A stretch of DNA of 64,000 nucleotides from an uncultured Acidobacteriota bacterium (GTDB lineage: Bacteria > Acidobacteriota > Thermoanaerobaculia > Thermoanaerobaculales > Sulfomarinibacteraceae). The notes beneath the pieces are model-generated. The model was given only the letters and a program-made list of their open reading frames with translations. It was not told the DNA's origin and searched no databases. Positions within the stretch are counted from its first letter, which is position 1. Each line of letters opens with the position of its first letter. Both the position numbers and the translations under genes were made by a program. Of this stretch, positions 63,245 to 64,000 are shown piece after piece. The DNA is taken from assembly GCA_963844845.1 (NCBI GenBank), contig CAWJPW010000003.1, positions 723,968 to 787,967 of the forward strand, given 5' to 3'.

Positions 63245-64000
63245 ATGCGGGCACCCGGTCCGCACTACCTCACCCTGACGGCTCTGATCCCTGCTGCGAT
63301 GGAGGAGGAGCTCGCCGCGCTCCTCGCCGAGTGGCCCGTGCTGGGCAGCGAGGTGAGGCCCGAAGGCGTGGCGGCCGTGCGAGCCATCGTCTACCTCGAA
63401 GCCGAGCAGACCGCTGCTGCCGAGCTGCTCGCCGAGCACCTCGCCGAGCTCGGTGCGGCTGCGGTCGCGCGCGGTACTCTCACCGGCCAGGACTGGCTGG
63501 CGCCGTACCGGGATCGGGTGCGTCCGTTTCCCCTTGGTCGCACCTGGTGGATCGATCCCCATCCCGAGAGCCCGACGCTGGCGCCTTCGGGCCGGCTCCG
63601 CCTCGTGGTGGAGCCGCGCATGGCGTTCGGCAGCGGCTCGCACGAGTCGACCCAGCTTCTCCTTCTGGAGATGGAGGACGCCCCGCCCGTGGGGCTCCGG
63701 GTCCTCGACGTGGGTACGGGATCGGGGATTCTGGCCTTCGCCGCGCTGGCGTTGGGCGCAACTTCGGTGGTGGCCCTCGACATCGACTCTGCGGCAGTGT
63801 GGGTGGCGCGCGAGACCGCCGCCCTGCAGCAGGGGATCGCGCGGCCACTCCTCGTGGCCGGTCCGGTGGCGGCGCTGGGGCGCGTGCGCTTCCCCCTCGT
63901 GCTCTGCAACATGCTCCCCGAGCACTTCAGCCCGGTTCTGCCAACGCTCGCCAGGCTGCTTGCACCCGGCGGCAGGCTGCTGCTCTCCGGACTACTCGCG
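63245..64000 (+). CDS. prmA: ribosomal protein L11 methyltransferase (3' end outside window)
   Basis: Not in the ORF track because it runs off the window. I translated it from ATG 63245: ...DWLAPYRDRVRPFPLG...MAFGSGSHESTQL...VLDVGTGSGILAFAA...ALDIDSAAV. It follows dnaJ, as in the B. subtilis-type dnaK operon. Confidence 0.85.
   Translation, partial: MRAPGPHYLTLTALIPAAMEEELAALLAEWPVLGSEVRPEGVAAVRAIVYLEAEQTAAAELLAEHLAELGAAAVARGTLTGQDWLAPYRDRVRPFPLGRTWWIDPHPESPTLAPSGRLRLVVEPRMAFGSGSHESTQLLLLEMEDAPPVGLRVLDVGTGSGILAFAALALGATSVVALDIDSAAVWVARETAALQQGIARPLLVAGPVAALGRVRFPLVLCNMLPEHFSPVLPTLARLLAPGGRLLLSGLLA

Overview
High-GC bacterial chromosomal segment (roughly 70% GC by eye), tightly packed with about 48 protein-coding genes on both strands. 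I recognised no rRNA, tRNA, CRISPR array, transposase, integrase or known defence genes. The content is housekeeping plus heavy signalling. In order: an AddB/AddA-like helicase-nuclease pair, a GT-C membrane glycosyltransferase, sucCD, a TPR Ser/Thr kinase, a flavin reductase and an EamA transporter. Then a four-gene GGDEF cassette, glpKD, a TetR + NodT/MFP/RND efflux operon, DUF169 and prs. Next a sigma-54/NtrC-type two-component system beside a signal-peptide rubrerythrin driven by a textbook -24/-12 promoter, then DUF2147, a PAS-GGDEF-EAL protein and a degenerate HD-GYP protein. Then a lipoprotein + glycogen-synthase-like GT + ycjX/ycjF block, an LpxL-type acyltransferase, a pseudo-receiver-DUF4388-DegV fusion, a 700-aa GreA-like protein, a ChaN-PDZ protein, a ClC channel and DUF302. 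Finally a LysM lytic transglycosylase translationally coupled to an MglA-like GTPase with a ~340-aa C-terminal extension, DUF2520, and hrcA-grpE-dnaK-dnaJ-prmA. The repertoire (MglA, many sigma-54/c-di-GMP/STK proteins) hints at an Acidobacteriota- or Myxococcota-like lineage; this is inference only. The least explained signal is non-coding. A 1.14-kb ORF-free, hairpin-dense spacer (11724-12866) carries a structured GC-rich repeat. A second, uninterrupted, inverted copy of that repeat fills the convergent spacer at 43719-44013. Copy 1 is split by about 560 nt bracketed by a perfect 10-bp inverted repeat. Several unusual domain fusions are secondary candidates. I cannot claim a defined novel system; these are leads that need database and expression checks. 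The many long antisense or out-of-frame ORFs in the track are high-GC artefacts.
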